A stretch of DNA of 33,503 nt from Verrucomicrobiota bacterium (GTDB taxonomy: Bacteria > Verrucomicrobiota > Verrucomicrobiia > Limisphaerales > UBA9464). The position numbers and the translations under genes are program-made. The DNA is taken from assembly GCA_025354845.1 (NCBI GenBank), contig JANXMD010000748.1, positions 1 through 33,503 of the forward strand, given 5' to 3'. Each line of letters opens with the position of its first letter. The stretch's first letter is position 1. The notes below the pieces were generated by a model that was not told the DNA's origin, did no database searches, and worked only from the letters and a program-made list of their open reading frames with translations. Of this stretch, positions 1-7,550 are shown one piece after another.

Positions 1-1125
1 GTTCATCCGGCGCGACTGGTAATCTTCGCAGTTGGAGCAGCTCGACACCTCAAGATACGAGCCCTGGCCGGGGGCCCAGACTTCGATGTCATAGGTCTTC
101 GCCGAGGCGAATCCCATGTCGCCGGTGCAGAGGTTGATGACTCGGTAGTGCAGACCCAGGCGGTTGAGGACGGTTTCGGCATTGAGGACCAGCTTCTCCA
201 GTTCCTCGTAGCCGGTTTCCGGGGTGACGATCTTGATTAGCTCCACCTTGTCGAACTGGTGAACGCGAATCATGCCACGGGTGCCCAATCCAGCGGCGCC
301 GGCTTCGGCGCGAAAGCAGGGCGAGTAGGCAGCGTAGCGCACGGGCAGTTGAGCGGCCGGAAGGATTTCCTCGCGATGGATGTTCCCCACCGGTGCCTCG
401 GCGGTGGGCACGAGGTACAGTTTGCCGAGCGTGGTGCCGTCGAGACCTTCCTGCACGGCGTAGGCCTGGTCCTTGAATTTCGGGAACTGGCCGACGCCGA
501 ACATGCAGTGCTCGCCCACGATGTAGGGAGGCGCGACTTCGACGTACCCGTGTTCCCTGGTGTGGAGGTCGAGGAGGAAGTTGATCAGCGCGCGCTCCAG
601 GCGGGCGCCCCATCCGGTGTAGAGAAGGAAACCAGAACCCGAAAGTTTTACACCGCGGGCAAAGTCGATGAGCTTCAGCTTCTCGGCGAGCTCGATATGA
701 GTGAGCGGCTTGAAGGCGAACGCGGGCTGGCTGCCGTGGACGCGGATTTCCGGATTGTCGGCGGCGTCCTTGCCAAGTGCGACGCTGGCATGGGGCAGGT
801 TGGGGATGCGCGCCAGGATCGTGTCCCGTGCGATCTCGGCCTCGGCTACTTTTTGATCCAGCTGCGAGATGCGGTCGCCGATGTCTCGGGTCTCGGTCTT
901 CTTAGCCTCGGCTTCGGCGAATTTCTTCTGGCCCATCAGAGCGCCGATCTCTTTGGAGACCGCATTCCGCTTGGCCTTCAATTGCTCGACTTCGGAAAGG
1001 GCAGTGCGGCGTTGCTCGTCCAGTTCGAGCACCTCGGACACGCGCGTCTCGTCGCCCCCATTCCGGGTGGCGAGGCGTTCGCGCACAAAGTCGGGTTTCT
1101 CACGCAGCAGTTTGATGTCGAGCAT
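1..1125 (-). CDS. serS: seryl-tRNA synthetase; the C-terminal end runs off the window edge
   Basis: The reverse-strand translation from the ATG (complement of 1123-1125) reads MLDIKLLREKPDFVRERLATR..., followed by a coiled-coil tRNA-binding arm. It then shows class II motifs (FLLYTGWGARLERALINF, LVPTAEAPVGNIHREEIL, YAAYSPCFRAEAGAAGLGTRGMIRVHQFDKVE) and ends ...SNCEDYQSRRMN at base 1 with no stop. This ORF is missing from the track because it is open at the edge. Confidence 0.92.
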   Translation of the reverse strand, partial: MLDIKLLREKPDFVRERLATRNGGDETRVSEVLELDEQRRTALSEVEQLKAKRNAVSKEIGALMGQKKFAEAEAKKTETRDIGDRISQLDQKVAEAEIARDTILARIPNLPHASVALGKDAADNPEIRVHGSQPAFAFKPLTHIELAEKLKLIDFARGVKLSGSGFLLYTGWGARLERALINFLLDLHTREHGYVEVAPPYIVGEHCMFGVGQFPKFKDQAYAVQEGLDGTTLGKLYLVPTAEAPVGNIHREEILPAAQLPVRYAAYSPCFRAEAGAAGLGTRGMIRVHQFDKVELIKIVTPETGYEELEKLVLNAETVLNRLGLHYRVINLCTGDMGFASAKTYDIEVWAPGQGSYLEVSSCSNCEDYQSRRMN

Positions 1126-1193
1126 GCGGGCGAGGGTAGGGAAGACCCGCCGAGGGCGGCAAGCCGGGTGTTCCGGACACGGCCGCTGCGGCC

Positions 1194-2279
1194 TCAGAAG
1201 TTTTTCGCCACCACCATGAACCCGTATCCGAGCCCAAAGGTCACCGGCAGAGTGAGGAACCAGGCCCATAGGATCCGCTCGACCACACTGAGCTTGAGCG
1301 CGCTGAACCGCTTGGCGCAGCCGACGCCCATGATGCTGGTGGTGATGGCGTGGGTGGTGGACACCGGCATGCCGAAATTCTGAGCCACCATGAGGACCGT
1401 GGCAGCGGTGGTTTCGGCGGCGAAGCCGTGGATCGGCTGCAATCGGACCATCTTATGTCCCATGGTGCGGATGATGCGCCAACCGCCCGCGGCGGTGCCG
1501 GCGGCCATGGTGAGCGCACAAGCCACCTTGATCCAGGCGGCGATGTATTCCTTGCCTCCAGTTGTCTGGATCATCGGGTGCCGGAGGAAGCCGAGCCACT
1601 CGGGGAGATTATCCAGCGCCCCCGACTTGGCGCCTGCCACGAGCGCGAGTGCAATGATTCCCATGGTTTTCTGCGCATCATTGGAACCGTGGCTGAAGCC
1701 CATGTACGCGGCGCTGGCGAGCTGGGCCTTGCCGAACACCGCGGTCACCGTGCGCGGACGCCAGTTTTTCACCAGCAGGTACAGCAGCGTCATCACCACA
1801 AACCCGATAACGAAGCCGGCCACGGGCGAGGAGAACATCGGGATGATCACCTTGATCAGCAGACCCTTTCCCTCCCACCAGTGCGCCTTGCCGGGTTCGG
1901 ACCAGATCACGGCATGCCAGTTGCCGCCGGCGGTGGCGACGGTGGCCCCAACCAGCCCGCCAACCAGTGCGTGGGTGGAGCTGCTGGGGATGCCAAACCA
2001 CCACGTGAGCAGATTCCACGTGATTCCGGCGAGGATGGCGCAGATGAGCGTCTGGGTGGTGACGAATTCGGTGTGCACCAGTCCGGAGCTCACGCTCTTG
2101 GCCACCGCGTTGCCCCACAAGGCGCCGCCGAGGTTGGTGATGGCGGCGAGCAGAATGGCCAGGCGCGGGGTGAGCACCTTGGTGGACACGACGGTGGCGA
2201 TGGAATTCGCCGTGTCGTGGAAGCCGTTGATGTATTCAAACACCAGCGCCACCAGAATGACCGTAATCAGGAGCGTCAT
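1194..2279 (-). CDS. pit: inorganic phosphate transporter, PiT (PHO4) family
   Basis: 361 aa and polytopic. It carries the duplicated PiT signatures NGFHDTANSIATVVSTKVL near the N-terminus and GFSHGSNDAQKTMG in the second half. Confidence 0.9.
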   Translation of the reverse strand: MTLLITVILVALVFEYINGFHDTANSIATVVSTKVLTPRLAILLAAITNLGGALWGNAVAKSVSSGLVHTEFVTTQTLICAILAGITWNLLTWWFGIPSSSTHALVGGLVGATVATAGGNWHAVIWSEPGKAHWWEGKGLLIKVIIPMFSSPVAGFVIGFVVMTLLYLLVKNWRPRTVTAVFGKAQLASAAYMGFSHGSNDAQKTMGIIALALVAGAKSGALDNLPEWLGFLRHPMIQTTGGKEYIAAWIKVACALTMAAGTAAGGWRIIRTMGHKMVRLQPIHGFAAETTAATVLMVAQNFGMPVSTTHAITTSIMGVGCAKRFSALKLSVVERILWAWFLTLPVTFGLGYGFMVVAKNF

Positions 2280-2288
2280 GGCCGGCGC

Positions 2289-2918
2289 TCAGGAGTTCTT
2301 CAGGACGATGTGGAAGATCACGTTGCCGGCGTCGCGGCAGCGGTCGATGACCTTTTCCAACAGCTCGTAGAGGTCCTTCAACGCGATCACGCGGACCGGA
2401 TCGGTTTCGCCGTTATAAAGTCCGCGCAGCAGCTCGATCATGAGCTTGTCGGCCTCGCCCTCCAGATATTGCAGGCGGTCATTCTGTTCCTTGACCACGT
2501 CGAGCTTGGCCGCGCGCAGCTGCTTCACCAGGCCAAGAACGGTGTCGGTGGCGCTTTCCAAAAGCTGGACCTGCCGGCTGAAATCGGAGGCTCCCACCAG
2601 GTGGCGGCAGAGGAGAAGGCGTTCTCCAAATTTTTCGAGCGTCTTGGGGATCTTGTAGAGCGCATTGCTGAGCGCCTCGATGTCCTCGCGCTCCAGGGGG
2701 GTGACAAACGTTTGGGTGAGACGCGCGCTGATCTCCTCGGTGATGCGCTTGTCCTTCTTGCGGAGGAGCGCGAATTCATCGAGGGAGGTCAGGGCTTTGT
2801 CCGGCGCGCTGAGCAGTCTCACGGCCAACCGCACGCTTTCGCGGGCTTCGCCAGCCGATTTCTCGAGCAGATCGAAGAACACGTCATCCCGGCCGAGCAG
2901 GCGCTGCAGTGAAAACAT
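2289..2918 (-). CDS. DUF47 (PhoU_div) family phosphate-transport regulator-like protein, the usual PiT partner
   Basis: 209 aa and helical, starting MFSLQRLLGRDDVFFDLLEKSA..., with the conserved GEADKL and IEREDIE-like segments of the YkaA/DUF47 family. It lies 9 nt upstream of the PiT gene on the same strand. Confidence 0.85.
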   Translation of the reverse strand: MFSLQRLLGRDDVFFDLLEKSAGEARESVRLAVRLLSAPDKALTSLDEFALLRKKDKRITEEISARLTQTFVTPLEREDIEALSNALYKIPKTLEKFGERLLLCRHLVGASDFSRQVQLLESATDTVLGLVKQLRAAKLDVVKEQNDRLQYLEGEADKLMIELLRGLYNGETDPVRVIALKDLYELLEKVIDRCRDAGNVIFHIVLKNS

Positions 2919-3158
2919 GTCCGAAGAGTGTCAGCCGTCGGGCGCCGTGGCAATGCCGGGCGTGGCCGATGAAACCGGTTCCGAGGACGAAGCCGGCGGC
3001 AAGGATTCTGCGCGGGCGCGCCCCGTCGAACTTCCCCCTTGCGGCCTCGGGACTCTCGCGTAGTTTCGCCTTGCGTCCGGCACGCGACGGAAACCCAACC
3101 GTAGCGTGTTAACCGGCGCCCCAACCACTTTTAGGCCCCTTGCCGCTGTGCTGATGCC

Positions 3159-3884
3159 ATGAGTGCCACTGCTGCTGCGCCGGTGACGGATCACGATTAC
3201 CGCGTGCAGGACGACCTGAACCGGGAGTCGCTTCCCCAATCCCAACGCGACCCTTCCCGGAAGGTGGCGTGGGCGAACGCCATCTGCGCCGCTGTGCTCG
3301 GGGTCGGCGTTTTCTTCCACGCCGAGGCCAGGCGCTTCGAATTTCAAGCCGAAGTGGTCGATTCGCTTCCGGTTGAGATTCCCGAGTTCGTTCCGGAGGT
3401 CACGCCGCCCCTCGCCCAGGACAAGCCGGAGGAGGAACAGCCGGATCAATTGGATGAGGCCCCGGCCGTACCCACTGTGGTGGTCGCCGATTCCCCCAAG
3501 GTCAATTTCGCGGTGCAGGTCACCGGCCCGACGGTGACGGCGAAGGATTTCACCTACGTTCCGCCGCCTCCGCGAAATCCGCCCAAGCAGGTGGCCAGCG
3601 CTCCGAAGGGACCGCAGTTGTTCCGCGGCGGCGCCTCCACCGACGGAGGAACCTACCCCGATGTCCCCTATCCTCGCGATGCCTTGATGCGGCGTGAAAC
3701 CGGGGAGGTGCAGCTCTACGTCGTCGTCACCGAGGACGGCGCACCGGAAAAGGTGGAAGTCCGCATCAGCAGCGGCTCACCGGTGCTTGATCGCGGTTCC
3801 CGGCAGCACGTGCAGAAGTACTGGCGCTGGCCGGCGGGACCGCGACGCGAGTACTTGGTCCCGATCGAATTTGTCATCCGCTGA
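3159..3884 (+). CDS. tonB: energy transducer TonB-family protein
   Basis: It has an N-terminal membrane anchor (WANAICAAVLGVGVFF), a Pro/Glu-rich spacer (PEFVPEVTPPLAQDKPEEEQP, PPPPRNPP) and a TonB C-terminal domain (YPDVPYPRDALMRRETGEVQLYVVVTEDGAPEKVEVRISSGSPVLDRGSRQHVQKYWRW). Confidence 0.85.
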   Translation: MSATAAAPVTDHDYRVQDDLNRESLPQSQRDPSRKVAWANAICAAVLGVGVFFHAEARRFEFQAEVVDSLPVEIPEFVPEVTPPLAQDKPEEEQPDQLDEAPAVPTVVVADSPKVNFAVQVTGPTVTAKDFTYVPPPPRNPPKQVASAPKGPQLFRGGASTDGGTYPDVPYPRDALMRRETGEVQLYVVVTEDGAPEKVEVRISSGSPVLDRGSRQHVQKYWRWPAGPRREYLVPIEFVIR

Positions 3885-3942
3885 GCCCCTGGTCGTCCCA
3901 CCTGAATCCCGAACCTCAGAACGCAAAAGCCCCTGACCCCCT

Positions 3943-4611
3943 ATGCTCCTAGCCAATGTTGCCGTTCAATACTTCAAAGATGGCGGGCCCATCATGTATC
4001 CCATTCTGGTGGTCGCCCTCGTGGCGGTCGCCGTGGTGAGCGAGCGCTTCTTCTGGTGGATTCGTGAGAGCGCCAAACGCGATTCCGACGGTTTGGAAAA
4101 GGTGCTGGCGGCAATGGAAAACGGTGATTTCAAGTCGGCCCTGCAGCATTCCCGTGGCTCCGAGGATCCCGTGGTGCGGATGATCTTTCGCGGTTTGAGT
4201 CACGTGCATGGTTCGCTTTCGGGCGCGCTGAAGGTGGCGGCAGGAGCCGAGATCAAGCGGGCCGGACGTTTCCTGATGCTGATCGATACCTGCATCACGG
4301 TGGCGCCGCTGCTCGGACTGCTGGGAACGGTGACCGGCATCATGGGCTCGTTCAAGGCGGTCGGTGGCAACGATCTGGCGGTCAGTGCGGTCTCCGGCGG
4401 CATCGGCGAAGCGCTCATCGCCACGGCGTGCGGCCTCGGCATCGCGATCTTCTGCCTGCTTCCGTTCAATTATTTCAACGAGCGTTTGGCCAAGCTGACC
4501 TTCGAGCTCGAGACGGCGGCGACAAACGTCGAGGTGATGGTCACCCGCGCCAAGCAGGAGGGCTTTGACACCATGACCTTCCGCCGCCAGACCGCTGCGG
4601 ATCAGACCTGA
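3943..4611 (+). CDS. exbB: MotA/TolQ/ExbB proton-channel family protein
   Basis: 222 aa with three TM segments and the family core LIDTCITVAPLLGLLGTVTGIMGSF...GIGEALIATACGLGIAI. It sits between the tonB-like and exbD-like genes. Confidence 0.9.
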   Translation: MLLANVAVQYFKDGGPIMYPILVVALVAVAVVSERFFWWIRESAKRDSDGLEKVLAAMENGDFKSALQHSRGSEDPVVRMIFRGLSHVHGSLSGALKVAAGAEIKRAGRFLMLIDTCITVAPLLGLLGTVTGIMGSFKAVGGNDLAVSAVSGGIGEALIATACGLGIAIFCLLPFNYFNERLAKLTFELETAATNVEVMVTRAKQEGFDTMTFRRQTAADQT

Positions 4612-4617
4612 CTCCCG

Positions 4618-5037
4618 ATGCAGCTGCACTCCTCTCCGGTGCCGCAGCGCAAGGCACGCATCGAAATCATCCCGTTGATCGATGTGATGTTCTTCCTGCT
4701 CGCGTCGTTCATGATGGTCAGTCTCTCCCTGCAAAACATGCAGTCAAAGCGGATGACCCTGCCCGAGGCCATCACCGCGCGCCCTGATTTCAAGCCCGAC
4801 ATTTTCAACGTCGGGGTGGATCAGTCCGGTAGCGTGTCCGTGGGAAAGACCAATGTCACTTTGGACAAGCTCGACGAAATGCTGGCTGCGGCGCTGAAGC
4901 GCAACACGAACGCGCCGGTGTTCGTCACCGCCGACCGCGACACTCTCCACGGCCAGGTCAATCGCGTCCTCGATCGGATCCGCCGGGCCGGAGTCCAGCG
5001 GGTGGCGTTCACCGTCGATCCGAAGGCGGCCCGATAG
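4618..5037 (+). CDS. exbD: biopolymer transporter ExbD/TolR
   Basis: 139 aa with the N-terminal signature RKARIEIIPLIDVMFFLLASFMM and a periplasmic domain ending ...VFVTADRDTLHGQVNRVLDRIRRAGVQRVAF. Confidence 0.9.
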   Translation: MQLHSSPVPQRKARIEIIPLIDVMFFLLASFMMVSLSLQNMQSKRMTLPEAITARPDFKPDIFNVGVDQSGSVSVGKTNVTLDKLDEMLAAALKRNTNAPVFVTADRDTLHGQVNRVLDRIRRAGVQRVAFTVDPKAAR

Positions 5038-5084
5038 GATCCGTTCGCTGCGCACTTTAATCTTTCACCAACTCCAAACCTATC

Positions 5085-5510
5085 ATGGCAGGCGGCGGAT
5101 CCTCACACTCAGTCGGCGGCCGAAAAAAGGCGCGCATCGAGATCATCCCGTTGATCGATGTGATGTTTTTTCTCCTCGCGTCGTTTATGATGCTCAGCCT
5201 CTCGATGCAGAAGCTGCAGGTGATCAAGATGGACCTGCCCACCGCGGTGGCTCAGAAGTCGTCGAAGAAGCCGGATGTCTTCAATATTGAGATCTCCCGG
5301 ACCGGCGATCTCACGGTCGACACGAAGCGCATGTCGCTGATCGAGATGGAAAAGGCCCTGAAGGAGCGGATGGCGGCAAACACCAACCTGCCCGTTTACA
5401 TCAAGGCGGACCAGAAGGCGACCCACGGCATGGTCCTCAACATTCTGGATGTGGTGAAGAGCGATGGCGCTCCCAAGGTGTCGTTTGCCATCGAGCCTCC
5501 GAAAGAGTAA
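5085..5510 (+). CDS. exbD: biopolymer transporter ExbD/TolR, second paralog
   Basis: 141 aa. The KARIEIIPLIDVMFFLLASFMM block is identical to the preceding gene, and the C-terminal part reads VYIKADQKATHGMVLNILDVVKSDGAPKVSF. Confidence 0.9.
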   Translation: MAGGGSSHSVGGRKKARIEIIPLIDVMFFLLASFMMLSLSMQKLQVIKMDLPTAVAQKSSKKPDVFNIEISRTGDLTVDTKRMSLIEMEKALKERMAANTNLPVYIKADQKATHGMVLNILDVVKSDGAPKVSFAIEPPKE

Positions 5511-5551
5511 GCCTGCGGCATCGGGCCGTGCGTGACGGCTCCGTTTCCGTC

Positions 5552-6814
5552 ATGGCCCCCTCCCTCCATCGCTCCGTTCACCGGATTTCGGTAGTCGTCG
5601 TTTGGGCGTCGCTCGTGACGTCTCTTGTTTCAGCAGTCGGCGCTGACTGGCCGCAGTTTCTCGGACCGCAGCGCAACGGGACAGCACCGGCGTCGCCGGC
5701 GCTCGCGGATAAGTTTCCCAACGGCAGCCCAACAAAGCTCTGGAGCGTGGACGTCGGTCAGGGCTTTGCCGGACCCGTGGTCGCCGCGGACAAGGTGGTG
5801 ATGTTCCATCGGGTGGGCGACGCTGAGGTGGTCGAGGCCTTTGCATTTTCCGATGGCAAGCGCCTATGGCATCAGGAATCACCCACCGCGTATTCCGATG
5901 ATTTCGGATTCGACGAGGGACCGCGCGCCTGCCCGAGCGTCTCCGAAGGGCGAATCTACACTCACGGCGCCGACGGAAAACTCGAATGCCGCCGGTTAAC
6001 GGACGGAGAACGGATCTGGTCGGTGGACACGCGGGCTCGCTTCGGCGCGGACAAGGGATTCTTTGGCCGTGCTTGCGCGCCGCTCATCGTGGGCAAGCGC
6101 CTCTTTCTCAATCTTGGTGGCCGCGGCGGCGCCGGCGTGGCTGCATTTTCGACCGATAACGGTGACTTGCTGTGGAAGGCGACCGAGGACGAATCCGGGT
6201 ACGCCTCGCCGATGCCTGGTCCCGCGGAGATCGCGCCGGGCAGCGTGCTCTTCTTCACCCGATCGGGGTTGCACGCCGTCGCGATGGAGTCGGGCAAAGT
6301 GATCGCATCGCATCCTTGGCGGGCGCGGATGCACGCCTCGGTTAATGCCGCCACCCCGGTCGTGTCGGGGAATGAGGTGCTGCTGACCGCCAGCTATGGT
6401 GCCGGGGCCACGCTGTTGCGCTGGCAGTCGAACGCCTGGCAGACGGTGTGGTCCGGGGATGACAGCCTCTCGTCCCACTACGCGACTCCTGTAAAACACG
6501 ACGGCCTCCTTTTCGGATTTCACGGACGACAGGAAACCGGCGGGTCGCTGCGCTGCATCGATTGGGCCACCGGAAAACTCCGCTGGGATTCTGGAACGCT
6601 CGGGTCGGGAACCGTGGCCGTTGCCGGGGATCGGTTGGTGGTGCTGTTGGAATCCGGCGAATTGATTCTGGCGCCCGCTTCCGGGGATCGCTTTCAACCC
6701 GCGGTTCGGTGCCAGATTTTGGGCACCGGGCTTCGGTCGCCCTTTGCGCTTGCCGACGGACGCCTCATAGCACGCGACAAAAAGAAGCTAGCGGTGTTCG
6801 ACCTGCGCCCGTGA
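5552..6814 (+). CDS. secreted PQQ-like (BamB/YVTN-type) beta-propeller repeat protein
   Basis: It has a signal peptide (MAPSLHRSVHRISVVVVWASLVTSLVSAVGA) followed by the typical ADWPQFLGPQRNGTA opening. Repeated W-containing blades follow (KLWSVDVGQGFAGPVV, RIWSVD, LLWKATED, LRWDSG). I prefer the ATG at 5552 to the GTG at 5528 used in the track. Confidence 0.75.
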   Translation: MAPSLHRSVHRISVVVVWASLVTSLVSAVGADWPQFLGPQRNGTAPASPALADKFPNGSPTKLWSVDVGQGFAGPVVAADKVVMFHRVGDAEVVEAFAFSDGKRLWHQESPTAYSDDFGFDEGPRACPSVSEGRIYTHGADGKLECRRLTDGERIWSVDTRARFGADKGFFGRACAPLIVGKRLFLNLGGRGGAGVAAFSTDNGDLLWKATEDESGYASPMPGPAEIAPGSVLFFTRSGLHAVAMESGKVIASHPWRARMHASVNAATPVVSGNEVLLTASYGAGATLLRWQSNAWQTVWSGDDSLSSHYATPVKHDGLLFGFHGRQETGGSLRCIDWATGKLRWDSGTLGSGTVAVAGDRLVVLLESGELILAPASGDRFQPAVRCQILGTGLRSPFALADGRLIARDKKKLAVFDLRP

Positions 6815-6850
6815 GGTGACGAGTGAAGCGGAGGGCGTCGTTGGAGCGGA

Positions 6851-7519
6851 TCAGTCTTGGATGAAGTAGCTGAGATTCTCCAATTCGATGGCTAGGTTCA
6901 CGTTGTTCACCATCACGTTCTCGGGAACCGAAAGCATGGCGGGGGAGAAATTCAGAATGCCGGCGATGCCCTGGCCGACAAGCTGATTGGCCACCTCCTG
7001 TGCCGCCGCCGCGGGCACGGTCAGGATCGCCATCCGAACCCCGCGCTCTTGAATCACGGTGGCGAGTCGATCCATCGGATGGAGTGGCGTGCTGATTGGC
7101 TTTTCCCGGTGCCGCCGCGGTTCCTGGTCAAACGCGGCGACGATTTCGAACCCCTCCTGCTCAAATCCCCGGTAGCTCAGGAGGGCCGTACCGAGATTGC
7201 CTACACCCACCAGCACCACCGGTTGCAGCCGGTTGGTGCCGAGGAGATCGGTGATCATGGTGGCCAGCTGATCCACATCGTAGCCGAGGCCGCGGGTGCC
7301 GAACTGGCCGAAGTAGGTGAGATCCTTGCGGAGCTGGGTGGGTTTGACCCCGGCCGCACGGGCGAGCGCCTCGCTGCTGACCGTCTGGAGCTGGTTCTGA
7401 CGCAGTCGCTGCAGGCAGCGAAGATAGACCGACAGCCGGTAGATAGTTTTCCGGGGGATTTCAGGACGGCCCAATTTCTTCACGTGCGCCAACGTTAGGG
7501 AATGCACGTGGCCGGGCAA
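6851..7519 (-). CDS. rex: redox-sensing transcriptional repressor Rex
   Basis: It has a winged-helix N-terminus (IPRKTIYRLSVYLRCLQRL...SSEALARAAGVKPTQLRKDLTYFGQFGTRGLGYDV) and a Rossmann NAD(H) domain (VVLVGVGNLGTALLSY). The start is uncertain: TTG at 7519 in the track, or an alternative GTG at 7483. Confidence 0.88.
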   Translation of the reverse strand: MPGHVHSLTLAHVKKLGRPEIPRKTIYRLSVYLRCLQRLRQNQLQTVSSEALARAAGVKPTQLRKDLTYFGQFGTRGLGYDVDQLATMITDLLGTNRLQPVVLVGVGNLGTALLSYRGFEQEGFEIVAAFDQEPRRHREKPISTPLHPMDRLATVIQERGVRMAILTVPAAAAQEVANQLVGQGIAGILNFSPAMLSVPENVMVNNVNLAIELENLSYFIQD

Positions 7520-7550
7520 GCGGCGCGATGCGAAATCCGGTGAGCGGAGG

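Noticed and set aside
259-1383. 374-aa plus-strand ORF, and the nested ORF 869-1219
   Set aside because: It lies entirely antisense to the well-supported serS reading frame. The translation is Gly/Ala/Arg-rich with no motifs, as expected for a spurious antisense ORF in high-GC DNA.
1350-2912. 520-aa plus-strand ORF, and the 326-aa ORF at 1390-2370
   Set aside because: Both are antisense to the PiT transporter and DUF47 genes, whose family signatures are unambiguous. The composition is low-complexity (G/R/A/H-rich).
3949-4734. 261-aa minus-strand ORF
   Set aside because: It is antisense to exbB and exbD, has no recognisable motifs, and shows the typical high-GC shadow-ORF composition.
3943-5510. 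Considered whether the MotA-like and ExbD-like genes could be a Zorya-type (ZorAB) defence stator
   Set aside because: A TonB protein sits immediately upstream, the sizes are those of ExbB and ExbD (222, 139 and 141 aa), and there are no ZorC/ZorD-like helicase or nuclease genes. An ordinary Ton system is the simpler reading.
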